Shown piece after piece: positions 10,066 to 19,017 of a stretch of 64,000 nt of DNA. Under the pieces are notes generated by a model. The model made no database searches, was not told the DNA's origin, and saw only the letters and a list, made by a program, of their open reading frames with translations. A program made the translations under genes and the position numbers. This DNA is from an uncultured Acidimicrobiales bacterium. Lineage in GTDB: Bacteria > Actinomycetota > Acidimicrobiia > Acidimicrobiales > Aldehydirespiratoraceae. Each line of letters starts with the position of its first letter. Within the stretch, counting starts at the first letter, position 1. The DNA lies in contig CAJQPN010000017.1 of NCBI GenBank assembly GCA_905480195.1, positions 6,233 to 70,232 on the forward strand, given 5' to 3'.

Positions 10066-11763
10066 ATGAACGAACATCTGTTCGCAGAAATTCAACCAAC
10101 GCCCGCTGCACCCCCGCTCCCACCGCAGCAGCGAACCTTCGACGACCTGGGTGCATCGCTGCATGAGGTCACGTTCGTCGTGTTTGACGTCGAAACCACC
10201 GGCGGTTCCGCAAAGGACGGTGCGATCACCGAGATCGGGGCCGTCAAGCTGCGGGGAGGCGAGTGCCTCGGTACCTACCAGACCCTCGTCGACCCGGGCC
10301 GGGCGATCCCTCCCGAGATCACAATCCTCACCGGGATCACCCAGGCCATGGTGATGCGGGCCCCGGCAATCAATGCTGTGCTGCCGTCCTTCATCGACTT
10401 CGTCGGCTCCGACTCGGTGCTGGTCGGCCACAACGTCCGCTACGACGTCTCGTTCATGGCTGCTGCGATGGAACGCGCCGGCCGCGAAAAGCTCACCCAC
10501 CGCTCGGTCGACACACTGGCCTTAGCCCGCCGCCTCCTGCGTGACGAGGTACCGAACTATCGCCTCGGCACCTTGGCCGATCGCCTCCGTCTCTCCCATC
10601 GGCCGAGTCACCGAGCCCTCGACGACGCCCTCGCTACCGGCGAACTCCTCCACCTTCTGCTCGAGCGGGCGGGTGCCATCGGGGTCACCGGGCTCGACGA
10701 CCTCCTCACCTTGCCGAAGATGGCTGGAAACGCCCAAGCCCAGAAGCTCAAGCTCACCGAGCGACTTCCTCGCTCCCCCGGCGTCTATCTGTTCCGCGGA
10801 CGCGCTGGCGAGGTGCTCTACGTGGGCAAAGCCACCAACCTTCGCTCGCGCGTCCGGAGCTACTTCTCGACCGATGAACGCCGCAAGATCGGCCAGCTGC
10901 TGCGTGAAACACACCGCATCGACCATCAAGTCTGCCGCAATGGCCTCGAGGCTGCGGTGCTCGAACTGCGGCTGATCCACGAACACCTTCCCAGGTTCAA
11001 CCGCCAGGGCACCCGAAGCTCTGCGTACCCGTACGTGAAGCTCACCCTCGACGAACGGTTCCCTCGCCTTTCAGTCGTTCGCACGCTGCAAGACGACGGG
11101 GCGCTCTACCTCGGTCCGGTCCCATCATCCAAGGCTGCTCATCGGCTGATCGAGGCGATCCAGACCGCATCCCCCATCCGGCGTTGCTCCACCAAGTCGA
11201 CGAGCCGCACTGCGAAGCCGATCTGCACCGCCGCCCAGATCGGCGTCGCCGCATGTCCGTGCTCCGGCCAGACCTCCGACGATGACTACCGAGAAATCGT
11301 CGTCGGCTTGGTGGCCGGCCTCACCCGCGAGCCAAGACGCCTGCTCGATCCCCTCGACCAACGGATCGCAGTGCTCGCTGCCGAGGAACGCTACGAAGAG
11401 GCAGCCGACGTTCGCGATCGCGCCGCAGCGCTGTCGGCGGCGCTTCGCCGCCAGCGGCGTTTCGATCTACTCCGCCGCGCAGGGCGGGTTCGGTTCCAGG
11501 TCGGCGACGCATGGGCCGAACTCGACAACGGTCTGTTACGTCGCTGCGGAAACATCGATGATCCGCCGTCACTTCTCGACAACGACGAGACCGAATCTCC
11601 ACCGGTGGTCGATGGTCCACCGAGTCGCAACGAAGCCGACGAGTTGCTGTGCATCGCCCGTTGGCTCGACGACAACGCCCACCGAATCTCGCTCGAGTTG
11701 ACGACGGGTGAGCTAGCCGAGCCACTCCCCCGCCTACCGACCTTCGTACCCCCGGAGCCTTAA
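10066..11763 (+). CDS. DEDDh exonuclease + GIY-YIG (UvrC-like) fusion, Rv2191-like
   Basis: VFDVETTG, VGHNVRYD, HRALDDA; PGVYLF..LYVGKATNLRSRVRSY; UVR-like YEEAADVRD. Start re-called to ATG 10066. Confidence 0.9.
   Translation: MNEHLFAEIQPTPAAPPLPPQQRTFDDLGASLHEVTFVVFDVETTGGSAKDGAITEIGAVKLRGGECLGTYQTLVDPGRAIPPEITILTGITQAMVMRAPAINAVLPSFIDFVGSDSVLVGHNVRYDVSFMAAAMERAGREKLTHRSVDTLALARRLLRDEVPNYRLGTLADRLRLSHRPSHRALDDALATGELLHLLLERAGAIGVTGLDDLLTLPKMAGNAQAQKLKLTERLPRSPGVYLFRGRAGEVLYVGKATNLRSRVRSYFSTDERRKIGQLLRETHRIDHQVCRNGLEAAVLELRLIHEHLPRFNRQGTRSSAYPYVKLTLDERFPRLSVVRTLQDDGALYLGPVPSSKAAHRLIEAIQTASPIRRCSTKSTSRTAKPICTAAQIGVAACPCSGQTSDDDYREIVVGLVAGLTREPRRLLDPLDQRIAVLAAEERYEEAADVRDRAAALSAALRRQRRFDLLRRAGRVRFQVGDAWAELDNGLLRRCGNIDDPPSLLDNDETESPPVVDGPPSRNEADELLCIARWLDDNAHRISLELTTGELAEPLPRLPTFVPPEP
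10071..10084. promoter_or_regulatory. LexA/SOS box 2
   Basis: CGAAC-ATCT-GTTCG, overlapping the first codons of the nuclease gene. Confidence 0.75.
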
Positions 11764-12791
11764 CCGACGAGGGCTAGCAGCTTTGCGGCCGCCGAACCAT
11801 CGTCGATCGCCGCTGCGGCAGCCTCGACCCCGTCAGCGAGACGGTCGACCACGCCAGAAGCGACGAGACCTGCGCCGGCGTTGAGCACGACGATGTCGCG
11901 GGCCGCGATGCGTTCGCCTGCGAAGATCCGGTGGGCGATCGCAGCGTTCGCTTCGGCATCGCCGCCGGCAAGCTCGTCGGGTGTCACCCGAGCCAAGCCA
12001 AAATCGACTGCGTCGATCTCGATTTCGGTGATCTGACCGTCATCGAGCGACAACATCCGTGACGGACCAGTGGTGGTGAGCTCGTCGAGGCCCCCGTCGC
12101 CGTGCACGATCAGCGACCGGACCGAGCCGGTGGACCCGAGTGTCTCGGCCATGTGGTGTGCGAGCGTCCAGTCGGAGGCGCCGATCACCTGCCGCCGCAG
12201 GCGGCCGGGATGTGAGAGTGGACCGAGGATATTGAACACCGTCGGGATCCCGAGCTCAGCGCGGACGGGACCGACGTGGCGCATCGCTGGATGAAACACT
12301 CGAGCGAAGGCGAACCCGAGGCCGTACTCAGCCACCTGTCTCTCGAGCGCTCGGGGGGCAATGTCGACGTCGACGCCCAGGGCCTCGAGAACGTCGAAGC
12401 TGCCTGATGTCGACGAGGCCTTGCGATTCCCGTGCTTGCAGACCGATGCTCCGGCACCAGCGGCGACGAACGCCGCCATGGTCGACACGTTGAGCGCATG
12501 GATACGGCGTGAAGGCACACCACCGACACCGACGATGTCGATCGTGTCGTCGGGAACGTCAAGCGGCGCAGCAGCATCCATCATGGCGTGCTGTAAGCCG
12601 ATGAGTTCCTCCACGGTCTCGCCCTTGAGCCGAAGCCCAACGATAAATGCTGCGATCTGGGCATTGGTCGCCTGGCCAGCGAGGATGTCGGTAAGCACAG
12701 CGGTGCAGTCATCGCTATCGAGGTCGTTGCCGGCTGCGAGTTGACCGAGTACCGCTGGCCATCCGCCGAGCTCAGCGATCAAGGAAGTCAT
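11760..12791 (-). CDS. trpD: Anthranilate phosphoribosyltransferase
   Basis: KGETVEE, NVST, KHGNRKASS, FHPAMRHV, TVFNILGPL, GLDEL. The PRPP loop is atypical (GVGGV). Confidence 0.88.
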   Translation of the reverse strand: MTSLIAELGGWPAVLGQLAAGNDLDSDDCTAVLTDILAGQATNAQIAAFIVGLRLKGETVEELIGLQHAMMDAAAPLDVPDDTIDIVGVGGVPSRRIHALNVSTMAAFVAAGAGASVCKHGNRKASSTSGSFDVLEALGVDVDIAPRALERQVAEYGLGFAFARVFHPAMRHVGPVRAELGIPTVFNILGPLSHPGRLRRQVIGASDWTLAHHMAETLGSTGSVRSLIVHGDGGLDELTTTGPSRMLSLDDGQITEIEIDAVDFGLARVTPDELAGGDAEANAAIAHRIFAGERIAARDIVVLNAGAGLVASGVVDRLADGVEAAAAAIDDGSAAAKLLALVG

Positions 12792-13198
12792 GAGGACTCC
12801 TCAGCTCCCCACTGTTGGGCGTCGGTGAGCTTCGCAAGATGATCGTGTTGTGCTGCGGCGAGCTTGTCCATCCACGATGCCAGATCGCCTCGCCCGCCAG
12901 CGCGGAGTTCCTCGGCCAGTGAGGCATGGTGAGCCGCGTGGGAAGGCAGCCGCTCGAGCAAATCATCAACGCCGGGCCGGGCATCAGCGGTTCCGGTCTC
13001 TTCGGCAAGCAGCGCATACAGGCCTTGGGCGAGGCCTCGATTGCGTTCGGTCATGGCCCGAAGCAGGGCTGCGAGGTGCGGTTCACCATCAACATCGGCC
13101 TGTTCGGCCAAGTACTCCGTCCGGGTCACCGACGCGCTGATGTGGCGAATCCCGGCCCGCAGAGCGTCCATTGCGTCAGTACCGGTCGACTCGGTCAT
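12788..13198 (-). CDS. Rubrerythrin/ferritin-like four-helix protein with degenerate metal ligands
   Basis: YLAEQADVDGEPHLAALLRA and RAGGRGDLASWMDKLAAAQHDH follow the rubrerythrin helix pattern. Confidence 0.55.
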   Translation of the reverse strand: MTESTGTDAMDALRAGIRHISASVTRTEYLAEQADVDGEPHLAALLRAMTERNRGLAQGLYALLAEETGTADARPGVDDLLERLPSHAAHHASLAEELRAGGRGDLASWMDKLAAAQHDHLAKLTDAQQWGAEESS

Positions 13199-13219
13199 CG
13201 GCGGTACTCTAGGGCCCCT

Positions 13220-13610
13220 GTGAACGACGCCCTCAACGCCCCCGCCGTCCTTCGTGGTGCGCTTGTGACGCTCGTGATCGCCACACCGGCCGTGCTGATC
13301 ATCCGGGCGCTAGGCGAAACCGCCGATGGTACCGACCAGAGCAACTGGGTCTCTTTGGCGTTCGTGTTCGTCTTGATTGCCTACATTTCGGGCGGTTGGG
13401 TAGCGGCCCGCCGCTCGATCGAGACTCCGTTCGTCAACGGGGCGGCAGCTCCTGCTGCGGGGTTCGTTGTTTTGCAGACGATCGCCTGGATCGCTTCGGG
13501 CGGCGGCATCAGCGTGATCGCCGCCCTCTTCAACCTGCTCCTTGCAGCCACCATTGGCGTGGTCGGGGCGGGCTTGGGTGGTATGCGTGGCACACTAGTT
13601 GGTGGTGGCG

Positions 13611-13627
<17 letters not shown>
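13220..13627 (+). CDS. Small integral membrane protein (about 4 TM)
   Basis: Hydrophobic ORF from GTG 13220, preceded by TACTCT; its 3' end runs into rnpB. Confidence 0.7.
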
Positions 13628-13942
<315 letters not shown>

Positions 13943-14013
13943 CGCCACCGCCCAAAAAACACAAGGGATATGGGACCTTCCGAGCAAGGTATGTGCACCA
14001 GATGTGCAACGAG

Positions 14014-14457
14014 ATGCTCCCAGGTTCCACGTTCAGGAACGCAAAGAACACCCAGCAGACCCACATCGGAACCATTTCGGGCCCGACATCAATGAAAGCA
14101 ATGTCAGCCGTTGGTGGAATGCCAACGTTCGAAACATCGGCGTGAGGTCTCACGGGAACACTCGCGGGGGCCGAGGTCACCAGCTTTGCCTCGTACAGCG
14201 CCACGATGCGCGCTGACGGCTCCTTTTATGGAGAATGCCCCAACGCAGGGGTCATCATGACTGCCGACGGAGTAGCGACCTTCCGGGCCACAGGATGCGG
14301 CAATCCGACCAGCGATGGAGGGTTCGTGTTCAAAGGCGTGGTGTACTTCGAAGCTCACGCAGCGTCGCTGTCGTCCCTCAACGGTAAGGCTGTGGTGTAC
14401 GACTGGGTTGTTTCGCCTGATGGCAATGCCACATGGGAACTGTGGGAGTGGATCTAA
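14014..14457 (+). pseudogene. Conserved-looking hypothetical protein interrupted by in-frame TGA (14143-14145); start uncertain
   Basis: The frame reads HIGTISGPTSMKAMSAVGGMPTFETSA*GLTGTLAGAEVTSFASYSATMRADGSFYGE...WELWEWI continuously across the TGA. Confidence 0.6.
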
Positions 14458-14499
14458 GCGCCTAATCCATAGGTGCCGGATCTCCTCGCTGCGGCCGGT

Positions 14500-15210
14500 T
14501 CAGGACTCGGTTCCGATGACCAGACGCAGCAGGTTGGCTACCTCTTCGCTGTCTCGGGCACCAGCGCCTTTTCCAACAGCATCAACTTGCATTGCAGGAA
14601 GCGGGCCCCACTCATCGACAACGGTGGCAAGGATCGCAGCACCAGTCGGGGTCGTGCTCTCGAACGAGGCAGGCCCCGCCTGCACGGGGACGTCGCCGGA
14701 CAAGAGCTCGAGCACGGCTGGCGCTGGCACCGGAATCGGTCCGTGCGCGCCCCGAGTCGAACCAGACCCGAGGCTGAGACGAGAGCAACACACCCTGGCG
14801 AGGTCGAGGTGGACGAGACCCGCGGCAGCGCCAACCACGTCGGCGATGGAGTCGAGCGCCCCGACTTCGTGGAAGTGGACGTTTTCAACCGGTACTCGGT
14901 GCACGGCGGCTTCGGCTGCTGCGAGTCGTTCGAATACCGCCGTGGCCACGGCCCGAACCACAGGGTCGAGGCTGCCGAAGAGTCCAACAACGTCACGAAG
15001 ATGTCGCATCACCGTCGTGTCGGGAACCTCGACATGAACCTGGGTCGCCCCGAGACTGGCCCGCTGCACCGCTTCGGGCCGCAAAACGATGCCGAGATTC
15101 AGCGCATCGATCGCGCCTGCCACGACCTCAAGCGGCACACCTGCGTCGACCACCGCGCCCAACACCATGTCGCCGCTGGCGCCCGCAGCGCCGTCGAACC
15201 AACCGATCAC
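14500..15210 (-). CDS. larC: Nickel-pincer cofactor Ni-insertase LarC, N-terminal half
   Basis: WFDGAAGASGDMVLGA, AEAAVH..VHFHEVGALDSIAD, HGPIPVPAPA, TPTGAA, GKGAG..NLLR; GAGGAG RBS before GTG 15210. Confidence 0.88.
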   Translation of the reverse strand: MIGWFDGAAGASGDMVLGAVVDAGVPLEVVAGAIDALNLGIVLRPEAVQRASLGATQVHVEVPDTTVMRHLRDVVGLFGSLDPVVRAVATAVFERLAAAEAAVHRVPVENVHFHEVGALDSIADVVGAAAGLVHLDLARVCCSRLSLGSGSTRGAHGPIPVPAPAVLELLSGDVPVQAGPASFESTTPTGAAILATVVDEWGPLPAMQVDAVGKGAGARDSEEVANLLRLVIGTES

Positions 15211-15215
15211 GCCGC

Positions 15216-15872
15216 CTACTCCTCGGCGACCACGGGAAGCAACGACAACATTCGGACCGCTGCGCATGCGGCGCCGAATCCGTTGTCGATGTTGACCACG
15301 GTGACGCCCTGAGCGCAGCTCGCAAGCGCGCTGTTGAGTGCAGTCGTGCCGCCCTCGGCGACTCCGTACCCAATCGAGGTGGGTACAGCCACAATCGGCG
15401 CTGCGAGCAGTCCACCGAGCACCGACACCAGTGCTGCGTCCATACCGGCGGCGACGATCACGATGTCGGCCCCACGGATCTCGGGTAATCGGGCTTCGAG
15501 CCGCCAGAGCCCAGCCACACCGACATCGATGAAGGAACGAGTCCGGACTCCCGAAAAGGCCAGCGTGCGCGCCGCCTCGGCCGCAACCCGTTGATCGGAG
15601 GTACCGGCAGCCACGATCGCGATATCGCCGGGCCGAGGAGGCTGTGGCGATCCCAGAACTGCAGTCTCCGAAACGGCGTCGTATTCGAGTAGCGCTGCGA
15701 TCTCGGGGAGACGGTCGAGCCGCCCTGCGGGCAGCCTCGTGAGTAGCGAGGACACGCCCGCTCGACTGAGGTCGTCAACGATCGCAACAAGCTGACGGTC
15801 CGTCTTTGCCGAACAGAGGACCGCTTCGGGCATGCCGATGCGTTCGGGGCGAGAGTGGTCGTGGACGTGCAT
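15216..15872 (-). CDS. larB: NPN cofactor carboxylase/hydrolase LarB
   Basis: RIGMPEAVL, AGTSD, DVGVAGLWRL, AGMDAALVS, AVPTSIGYG, SCAQGVTVVNIDNGFGAA. Confidence 0.92.
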   Translation of the reverse strand: MHVHDHSRPERIGMPEAVLCSAKTDRQLVAIVDDLSRAGVSSLLTRLPAGRLDRLPEIAALLEYDAVSETAVLGSPQPPRPGDIAIVAAGTSDQRVAAEAARTLAFSGVRTRSFIDVGVAGLWRLEARLPEIRGADIVIVAAGMDAALVSVLGGLLAAPIVAVPTSIGYGVAEGGTTALNSALASCAQGVTVVNIDNGFGAACAAVRMLSLLPVVAEE

Positions 15873-16687
15873 CAGCTGGTTGCGATCACGGCCCGACCCG
15901 GCCGGTACGGTCGGGAGTCGAGCTCGACGGCAGCGATCTCAGGATCAACAGCCTGCATAGCCGCTGCTGCACGGTCGATGATGTCTTGGCTGATACGGGG
16001 CCGATCGGTGTCGGGCAGTTCGATCCACACGACATTGTCACGACGACGGCACCGAACAATTCTGAAGCCTGCAGCGCGCAGCGACTCCTCCCCTGCGTGC
16101 ACTGCAGCGAGACGGGTGGGGGTCACCCGCGTTCCGGTGTACAGACGACTGGCGAGGCACGGTGAGGCTGGAAGTTCGGCCTCATCGAGATCGAGAACTC
16201 GAGCGATCGCCCGGATACGTTCCTTGTCGATACCAGCATCGACGTACGGGTGGCGAACCCCGTGCTCCGCTGCGGCGACGAGGCCGGGACGGTACTCGCC
16301 GAGGTCATCGACGTTGGCACCGCTGACGACCGTCGCCTCCGGCGACGAGAACTCGGCCACGATCTCGTCGATCGCGTCGTAGAGGTTGGACTTGCAGAAA
16401 TAACAGCGATCCGTCGGATTGGACAGATATCGCTCATCACCGAACTCTCGAGACTCCACGATCCGCAGGGTCCACCCTTCTCGGTGGGCGTGATTGCGAA
16501 CCCGCTCGGTGCCGTCGGGTGGGACGGCTGGCGTGACCGTGTGGGCCACGATGGTGTGCTCGGGATCGAGCCGATGAGCCACCGTCGCCAGCACGAGCGA
16601 ATCGATTCCTCCACTGCACGCAACGACGATGGGCGAACACTCGGTGAGCGCTTGACGCAGCGCCACGAGGTCGGCTTCTGTTGTCAT
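15872..16687 (-). CDS. larE: ATP-dependent sulfur insertase LarE ([4Fe-4S] CxxC-C type)
   Basis: PP-loop CSGGIDS, NPTDRCYFCK, GANVDDLGEYRPG, ASPCLASR. Start re-called to ATG 16687. Confidence 0.88.
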   Translation of the reverse strand: MTTEADLVALRQALTECSPIVVACSGGIDSLVLATVAHRLDPEHTIVAHTVTPAVPPDGTERVRNHAHREGWTLRIVESREFGDERYLSNPTDRCYFCKSNLYDAIDEIVAEFSSPEATVVSGANVDDLGEYRPGLVAAAEHGVRHPYVDAGIDKERIRAIARVLDLDEAELPASPCLASRLYTGTRVTPTRLAAVHAGEESLRAAGFRIVRCRRRDNVVWIELPDTDRPRISQDIIDRAAAAMQAVDPEIAAVELDSRPYRPGRAVIATS

Positions 16688-17154
16688 GCCTGACGGTCCG
16701 TTGCTGCTGCGATGGCCGCGGAGAGCACCACTTTCGGCGCCAAGCCGAGCGAGGCACTCACCCGAACGACGTCGTCCCACTCGATGCTCCGGTTCACCAC
16801 CTCGCCGTCGACCCAGGCCACCTTGGTGTCGATTTGGTGATCGCCGACAGCAACCGTCTCGACCGAACGCTCGAGCACGTGTTTGACGATCTCCCATTCA
16901 CGAAGCCCGATGGTGCTGGTCTCGGCGAAGACAACCGCTCGGATCACCTCAAGATCAGCTGCGGCACACAGTACGCCGAGGGTGAACGCCGGTCGGCCCT
17001 TCTTCATCACGATCGGGGTGATCCATGCGTCGTGGGCACCAGCAGCCAGCAAGGCATCGATGACGTGGGGCCAGATCCGAGGATCGAGGTCGTCGACATT
17101 GGCTTCGATCTGCACACAGGAGACCCGCTGCGGAGCGTTGGACGACTCGTTCAT
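16684..17154 (-). CDS. larC: LarC C-terminal half (LarC2)
   Basis: IEANVDD, AGAHDAWITPIVMKKGRP, ETSTIGLR, EWDDV. Confidence 0.88.
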   Translation of the reverse strand: MNESSNAPQRVSCVQIEANVDDLDPRIWPHVIDALLAAGAHDAWITPIVMKKGRPAFTLGVLCAAADLEVIRAVVFAETSTIGLREWEIVKHVLERSVETVAVGDHQIDTKVAWVDGEVVNRSIEWDDVVRVSASLGLAPKVVLSAAIAAATDRQA

Positions 17155-17229
17155 GACGCCGTCAGGTTAGGCAGCGCGGTCCACCCTTCCGACAACCGGG
17201 CGAGCGCAGATTGCACCACGAGACGGGCA

Positions 17230-17421
17230 GTCGTCTACCTGCAGACGCTGACGAGCCCTTTTGATCTCGGCCAGCCGACGCTTGTTCGCCCGGGCTGCCT
17301 TGGTCGGGCGGGGCAGGCCTTCGGCAACGAGAGCACTCGCCACACGCGCGCGAATTCACTCCATTGCGATCTCTCAGTGGTGAGGCTGCGAGCGCTCGTC
17401 ATCAACAGCGAACCGGACGGT
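17230..17421 (-). pseudogene. Decayed duplicate of the 3' half of arfB
   Basis: Translates TVRFAVDDERSQPHH*EIAME*IRARVASALVAEGLPRPTKAARANKRRLAEIKRARQRLQVDD, colinear with the ArfB C-terminus at 18625-18840. Stops at 17374-17376 and 17356-17358. Confidence 0.85.
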
Positions 17422-17544
17422 ACACGTCGATGATTCGCGTGACGATGCAGACGAATCAGCACGGCCTCGAGCTCAATGGTCGTTCGTCTGCGAAGGACTT
17501 AGGTCCCTAGTCGCCGGTGCGGGTTGGGGCTTACGGTCACGTCC

Positions 17545-17766
17545 ATGATTCTGGTTTCGCAACTCATCGGCTTCATCATCTCCCTGGCCATAGGAATGAC
17601 CCTCGTAGCACTCGTCTCATGGGGCGTCGCAGCACTGACGACCGAGACAATCGGATGGGTTGCGTTTGGCGTGTTCGTCTTTCTCTGCGTCAACAAGTCG
17701 ATCATTCATGCGGTCGAGGGGTACCAGGGACGCAAATACGAGTCTCAGATGCGTAAGGCGAGCTGA
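17545..17766 (+). CDS. Small hypothetical membrane protein (73 aa)
   Basis: Two hydrophobic helices; TACGGT 7 nt before ATG 17545. Confidence 0.6.
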   Translation: MILVSQLIGFIISLAIGMTLVALVSWGVAALTTETIGWVAFGVFVFLCVNKSIIHAVEGYQGRKYESQMRKAS

Positions 17767-17864
17767 GTCGGAGAGCCGCCGAACCAACATCGCCGGCAAC
17801 CACTGGCCGGTTGCTTTGAGCCCATCAGCGGATGTGCTGGTGGCTGCGGTCTATTGTCGTCGCA

Positions 17865-18212
17865 ATGCGAAGGCTGTTTGCGTGTGCGGTTCTGGCATTT
17901 GCACTCGCGGGATGCGGCGAAGGTAGCCCTGCATGGACGGAAGAGTTTCGAGATCAGGTTCGAGCCGACCTTCCATCCCCAGAAATAGCTGGCGACATTT
18001 TTCCGATCTGTCAGGTCCTGGAGGAAGACGGCGGTAGGGACCTCGTCGAGGCAGAGCTTGCCGCTGCGTTCAACGACCCCGAGAACGAATACGACGGATC
18101 CGGCCGCCCTGTTCGCGAGATCCTTGCGGATTACGACATTGAACTGACACCTGCGATAGCGGACCAAGTGGTGAAGATCTTCCTTGAAGAAATCGAAAGG
18201 CTTTGCCCCTGA
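17865..18212 (+). CDS. Hypothetical lipoprotein
   Basis: Signal peptide and lipobox MRRLFACAVLAFALAGC; TATTGT 7 nt before the ATG. Confidence 0.7.
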   Translation: MRRLFACAVLAFALAGCGEGSPAWTEEFRDQVRADLPSPEIAGDIFPICQVLEEDGGRDLVEAELAAAFNDPENEYDGSGRPVREILADYDIELTPAIADQVVKIFLEEIERLCP

Positions 18213-18621
18213 TCTTTTGGGGCCGATCGACCGACCGGAACACATCCGCACTGGCCTTGATTTCGAGCGACTTCGATTGCTGGTTTGCAGTGGGCTGCAT
18301 ACGCACGCAACCCTGACATCCGGTTGCGCATCGATGGTTGCCACCTCCCCGATCCGCACCGTCCTCGGCTCGATCCGGTCGTCACGCCGTTCGTGAGCAC
18401 GTGGGCCAGGAGCACTCTTTGCCGACGAAATTGGCCATGAGCCCACTTCGTGGACCGTGCTTTCACAACGGAATTCGACACGTTGCGAAGATCCGGGCCT
18501 CCGCAGGGCGTGGAAGAGACGGGAAAGAAAGGACCATCTGTTCCCCGGCTCGAGAAGCGTCACTCTGTCCGTGCCCAGCCCCTCGGGAGGATCTGAGGAG
18601 CGCAGCCTCACTCCGAAACAC

Positions 18622-19017
18622 TTAGTCGTCGATTTGCGGTTTCTGTCGACCTCGCTTGATCTCGCTCCGCTGGCGCTTCACATCGACCCGCCGACGTTTA
18701 CTGGCCCGGGTCGCCTTGGTCGGACGGCGCGGATGTTCGACCACCAGCGCACTCGCGACGCGCGCCCGAAGTCGCGCGATGGCGATCTCACGATTACGGC
18801 TCTGCGAGCGCTCGTCGTCTACCGCGACGCGAACGGCGTCACCCAGCCGCTCGAGTACCCGGACACGCGCAGCCGGTGGGACGCTCGGGGAATCCTCGGG
18901 GCGCCACACTGCGATGACCTTGGTGTTCGATCGATTGGCATGTTGGCCGCCCGGCCCACCAGAGGTGGTGAAACGAAACTCGATCTCGGCTTCGGGAACC
19001 GCCCAGTCTCCGCTCAT
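18622..19017 (-). CDS. arfB: Alternative ribosome rescue peptidyl-tRNA hydrolase
   Basis: SGGPGGQHAN (GGQ motif), ERSQSRNR, basic tail RRPTKATRASKRRR. Confidence 0.93.
   Translation of the reverse strand: MSGDWAVPEAEIEFRFTTSGGPGGQHANRSNTKVIAVWRPEDSPSVPPAARVRVLERLGDAVRVAVDDERSQSRNREIAIARLRARVASALVVEHPRRPTKATRASKRRRVDVKRQRSEIKRGRQKPQIDD

Noticed and set aside
17745-18611. 288-aa minus-strand ORF in the islet
   Set aside because: It is antisense to a convincing lipoprotein gene and has no recognisable motifs; at most a decayed fragment in 18213-18611.
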